A stretch of DNA of 59,416 nt from a virus (Duplodnaviria; Caudoviricetes), in IMG/VR virus record IMGVR_UViG_3300025402_000010, positions 1-59,416 of that record; one strand, given 5' to 3'. Positions 56,027-59,416 of this stretch are shown piece after piece. How positions within the stretch are numbered: position 1 is the stretch's first letter; each line of letters starts with the position of its first letter. The notes beneath the pieces are model-generated. The model ran no database searches. It worked only from the letters and a program-made list of their open reading frames with translations, and had not been told where the DNA came from. The translations under genes and the position numbers were made by a program.

Positions 56027-58758
56027 CGTCTACCTGGCCTTCCCCGAGACATACCACCGTAATCACGCTGTGAACGCTGCGCACCAAACACACGTAGCCT
56101 ATCTCTAGCAGAGACAGGTTGCATATCGTTAGCGTTGCGGGTGTGGTAGCCACCCTGAGAACCAGACAATAGCTGTGTTTGACCAAGTTTATCACGCATT
56201 TCTAGCTTAACAAAGTTATCTTCTAGTAGAGAATCAACAATAACCATGAGGCAGTCAGATAAGTCTTCTGTACGGATAGGTCCAATATCTTGCTTCTTAA
56301 CTCGACCATTGACCTCTTGCAAGAACTTTAGCTCTTGCTCTAGCAAACTTGTTCCATTGGGGCCATACACATCACGGAACGAGTGTACCCAATTCATACC
56401 CAATGCAGATTTGAATCGTTCAGCACGACGCATGTTGCTTTCTTTGGTAAATTTTTCTTCACGCACCTTAACCTGGTGGGCAGGTCTAACCTGTTGCAAA
56501 CGCTTTTTTAATCGTGGCAATGTAACAAACGCACCGTATTGGTCAAATGAGAAAACCTTAGTTGTACGGAAATTGCATAACGTATCAACTAATTCCTCCT
56601 CTATCTCTTCGTAGTCGATCTGATTATCAGGGTAGTTTTCGGGGTCCCATACCTTGATCCAGTCAATAACAACGTGGTACCACTCTTCACCGTCTTCAGG
56701 GTCAGCGATCTTTTCTACGTGACCAATCATGGCTGCTGTATTAGCACCGGATTTTGATGGGTCGCAGTGGCCCGTGTAAACAATGCTAAATTTGCCTTCG
56801 TGCTGTAGCTCAAGCTCTCGAAGCTCACCATTAGCATCAATAAACGGATCAAACATACGCTCAACCATTTTTGGATTGAGGTAAGCATTAGTAACTTCAG
56901 CCCATTGGCTTAGACGCTCAACCCTAAACGTGTCAGGCTCACGCTTTTCCATGGATTGCATTTGTTCGTCGTAGCTCTGAGGTGCACGACGGTAAAACGA
57001 AACAAATCTTGGGTCATCCCAGTCTTCGTATGGCCCCCACGATGGTAGCTGTGCCATCATCATGTTTGGATACATGGGTGCACCGTCTTCATTCTTCTCT
57101 AACGCAGACTCGTACAGGCTGTATGCTTTACCAACCTTGGTATTGTGGCTAAACATACCAGCAGCAAGCAATGTGCTAGTAGAAGTACCCAGAGCAATAA
57201 CATCGCGGTTGCCCGCATCTTCTATGGACTCAACAGTAACATACTTGGACGTCTTATCATAAATTCTTGTGCCATAGAATTGGTTAGTAAATTTTGAGAG
57301 TAAACGACGTGGTCGGATTGAACCGAGGAACTTCATCTTTTCCGATGAACCACCATTGATAATAATATCAATGCAATCTCTTCCTTCTTCTTTTAATGTT
57401 GTGCTAATATCACAACCACGTTCGATAAGTAACTCAACGATGTTATCTAATACTGGGCCTTTATTCTGTGCTATGCCGAGCAAACCCTGCTTAGAATAAT
57501 AACCTTCGCCATCGAATATCCCTGAAAGATAACCAGCATCGTATGATTTGTCTGTTTCCCATGTATCCGTGTAACGAATCATGTCACCCGGCTTAAGATT
57601 TTTGGTTTTAACCCAGTTTAATTCAGAAGAATAAGGCTTCTTTGTTAGCCAAAGGTGCTCACCGGTGCAAACAACTTCAGGACCATCAGTTTTTAATTTA
57701 AGTGTTGGAGCGTTGATAATAGATGTTTCTTCAACGACTGCTTGACGCCAGCTTCTACCGTTGCCCTTGCCACCTGGAGCATACTCATCAAAACCAATTA
57801 TCTTATCCCCGACTTTTAATGAACCGACAGGAACCCACGTGAGGTCTTCTAGAAGGACCGGAGTCTCCGGTACCAAACAAAACGGTGATGTGGGTACGTA
57901 AATCAAACCATCTTTACCCATCTGGTCCAATGCAGGGGTAATAGCGTTGTATACTTCGTCAGACGTTCTTGCACCACCCGTACCGACCAACATGTGTGCA
58001 AACTCGTCGAACATAACGCCAAAGGCAGCAGCACCACGCGAGGCTTTAGAGTTACTCGTCACAGCCATGTTACGGATACTAGCGATCAAACGGCTAGGTC
58101 TGATGTCTCTCGATTCAAATGCGGCGATGCGTCTGATGTCAGCAGGCGTACGCAAAGCAAGAAAGTGCTCCTTAGCGTCAGCAATATATGGCTGGAAGCA
58201 TGGAGCATTAATGATGGTGTTTGCAAGGTCAGCAAACTGGTATTTCTTAGCCTGTTCAATGTTCGTAGCAACGCAAAACAGGTAAAGGTCTTTTGACTTG
58301 TCAATGTTGTAGTAGTACTGGGGGTCGTCAAGCATAAGCAGTTCCCAGTTTTTATATGCACCCAGGATTCCGCCAATGTGGCCCTTACCGCCACGACGAC
58401 CCGTGATGTTTACCACTTCACGAAAATGCTTGTAACCATTTGCTTTCAAGTATGCGATCCGGTCAAGGATGTCCGGGCTTACGCCTATTCTATCACCGTT
58501 AAAATCAAAATCTTTGGTCCACTTATCAATGATTTCGTAGTCATAATCGTCAAGGTTTTCTGTCTCAAGCATGATAAGTTTAAGAAGCGTGCGTTGACGT
58601 GGGAAAAGCTTACTACCACCCAAGAAGCTTGGGTGCTCAGCAAACGTGACAATATCAGGTAGATCAGCCTTTTCTTTGAGGCTTTTCTTGGCTATCTCAA
58701 AGAAGTCTTGCTGTCCACGAAGAATGTTAGCATTACTATTCTTTGTAATTTTAGGCAT
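56023..58758 (-). CDS. terL: Terminase large subunit (intein-containing)
   Basis: Adenine-binding FPRQ, Walker A GRRGGKG, Walker B VMFDE, nuclease HCDPS...FDQY...EDLSD. Confidence 0.88.
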   Translation of the reverse strand: MPKITKNSNANILRGQQDFFEIAKKSLKEKADLPDIVTFAEHPSFLGGSKLFPRQRTLLKLIMLETENLDDYDYEIIDKWTKDFDFNGDRIGVSPDILDRIAYLKANGYKHFREVVNITGRRGGKGHIGGILGAYKNWELLMLDDPQYYYNIDKSKDLYLFCVATNIEQAKKYQFADLANTIINAPCFQPYIADAKEHFLALRTPADIRRIAAFESRDIRPSRLIASIRNMAVTSNSKASRGAAAFGVMFDEFAHMLVGTGGARTSDEVYNAITPALDQMGKDGLIYVPTSPFCLVPETPVLLEDLTWVPVGSLKVGDKIIGFDEYAPGGKGNGRSWRQAVVEETSIINAPTLKLKTDGPEVVCTGEHLWLTKKPYSSELNWVKTKNLKPGDMIRYTDTWETDKSYDAGYLSGIFDGEGYYSKQGLLGIAQNKGPVLDNIVELLIERGCDISTTLKEEGRDCIDIIINGGSSEKMKFLGSIRPRRLLSKFTNQFYGTRIYDKTSKYVTVESIEDAGNRDVIALGTSTSTLLAAGMFSHNTKVGKAYSLYESALEKNEDGAPMYPNMMMAQLPSWGPYEDWDDPRFVSFYRRAPQSYDEQMQSMEKREPDTFRVERLSQWAEVTNAYLNPKMVERMFDPFIDANGELRELELQHEGKFSIVYTGHCDPSKSGANTAAMIGHVEKIADPEDGEEWYHVVIDWIKVWDPENYPDNQIDYEEIEEELVDTLCNFRTTKVFSFDQYGAFVTLPRLKKRLQQVRPAHQVKVREEKFTKESNMRRAERFKSALGMNWVHSFRDVYGPNGTSLLEQELKFLQEVNGRVKKQDIGPIRTEDLSDCLMVIVDSLLEDNFVKLEMRDKLGQTQLLSGSQGGYHTRNANDMQPVSARDRLRVFGAQRSQRDYGGMSRGRPGRR
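57142..57879 (-). mobile_element. Intein with LAGLIDADG homing endonuclease in terL (246 aa)
   Basis: Begins CLVPETPV after PTSPF; block B CTGEHLWL; YLSGIFDGEG; ends FSHN followed by Thr. Confidence 0.9.
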
Positions 58759-58761
58759 GTA

Positions 58762-58998
58762 TTACCAGTCTGCGTCGAGATCCATGTAATCGTTGCGCCA
58801 GTCGCTTGGGTCTAAGCTAACATTACCATGTTTGTGTGCCATCATAGCTTTGAATGCTTCGATAGCTTTCTCACGGCTATCATGATGAGACAAGACCTTA
58901 CCCGTACCTTTTTGTATGATGACCCACTTACCATCACGCTCTTTAATGTATTGGTAGTGGTCTTTCTTTTCTTTAGCATAACGCTCGTTGAAGTTCAT
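58762..58998 (-). CDS. Small putative head protein with MNFNERYA leader
   Basis: Shared leader; IKERDGKWVI...GKVLSHHDSREKA motif often found in phage head-associated proteins. Confidence 0.6.
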   Translation of the reverse strand: MNFNERYAKEKKDHYQYIKERDGKWVIIQKGTGKVLSHHDSREKAIEAFKAMMAHKHGNVSLDPSDWRNDYMDLDADW

Positions 58999-59013
58999 TA
59001 GAAACATATATAA

Positions 59014-59416
59014 TCAACCTTGATAAGGGCAATCTGGTCCATGATAATTAGTGGTGCTCAAATCTACACCACAACCACCGCATGGTTGTTTATATGAAAT
59101 TGGTTCACGAGAACGTCTGAATTCGTCATTATCAATTTGAGAACGTCTGAATTCATCCATTTGAGAACGTCTGAATTCGTCATTATCAATATAACTCTGG
59201 TCGGGTATCGACATGTTGCCCTGGTTTTCACCATAAAAATCAGAAGCTTCCTTCTTGTTATCCCCGCCGCCATGCTTCTTTACAATGCTTGCAGCCCATG
59301 ATGCACCAGCGTCACCGCCCCATGCAAGCCATGCAACCTTACCGGGACTGTCGTTGTTCCAGTCCTTACCCTTCTTGTCAACACGGTGACGTGAAAAGTA
59401 TGAGTGCATACGCTTA
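59014..59416 (-). CDS. Putative head-associated protein (5' end outside window)
   Basis: Frame is open to the edge (KRMHSYFSRH...SPGKVAWLAWGGDAG), a motif seen in phage head-module proteins; KKEAS; internal tandem repeat. Confidence 0.65.
   Translation of the reverse strand, partial: KRMHSYFSRHRVDKKGKDWNNDSPGKVAWLAWGGDAGASWAASIVKKHGGGDNKKEASDFYGENQGNMSIPDQSYIDNDEFRRSQMDEFRRSQIDNDEFRRSREPISYKQPCGGCGVDLSTTNYHGPDCPYQG
59109..59190. repeat. Three-copy intragenic tandem repeat (DEFRRS)
   Basis: GAGAACGTCTGAATTC at 59109, 59139 and 59163; periods of 30 and 24 nt, in frame. Confidence 0.85.

Noticed and set aside
59109-59190. Possible mini-CRISPR array
   Set aside because: Repeats are only 16 nt, spacers are 8-14 nt and related to each other, and the array lies in frame inside a CDS.

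Overview
This is a 59.4-kb segment of a large lytic tailed phage. It is related to the Bxz1/cluster-C myoviruses of Actinobacteria, judged from the major capsid, portal and protease sequences; WhiB, an Rpf-like transglycosylase and actinobacterial-type parS sites point to the same host group. There are three blocks. (1) 1-32.5 kb, minus strand: head morphogenesis (MCP running off the left edge, head protein, scaffold-like protein, prohead protease, holin-like genes, portal), four large Cys/His-rich proteins, a tRNA cluster interrupted by an HNH gene, Dps, peptidases and a phosphoesterase. (2) 32.8-54.2 kb, plus strand: a GC-richer early/accessory block of short genes whose intergenic spaces carry repeated RNA-structure families, two perfect parS sites, an anticodon-less tRNA mimic, a ~700-nt candidate structured ncRNA and a MoxR/VWA pair. 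(3) 54.2-59.4 kb, minus strand: terminase large subunit with an intein, plus small putative virion proteins. The most striking unexplained signal is a shared N-terminal peptide, M-N-[WF]-[NS]-x-R-Y-[AS], on many otherwise unrelated minus-strand proteins, together with pervasive [KR]-x-A motifs in head proteins. This suggests a capsid-targeting and protease-maturation system for diverse cargo. All calls were made by eye from sequence motifs; no database search was run.
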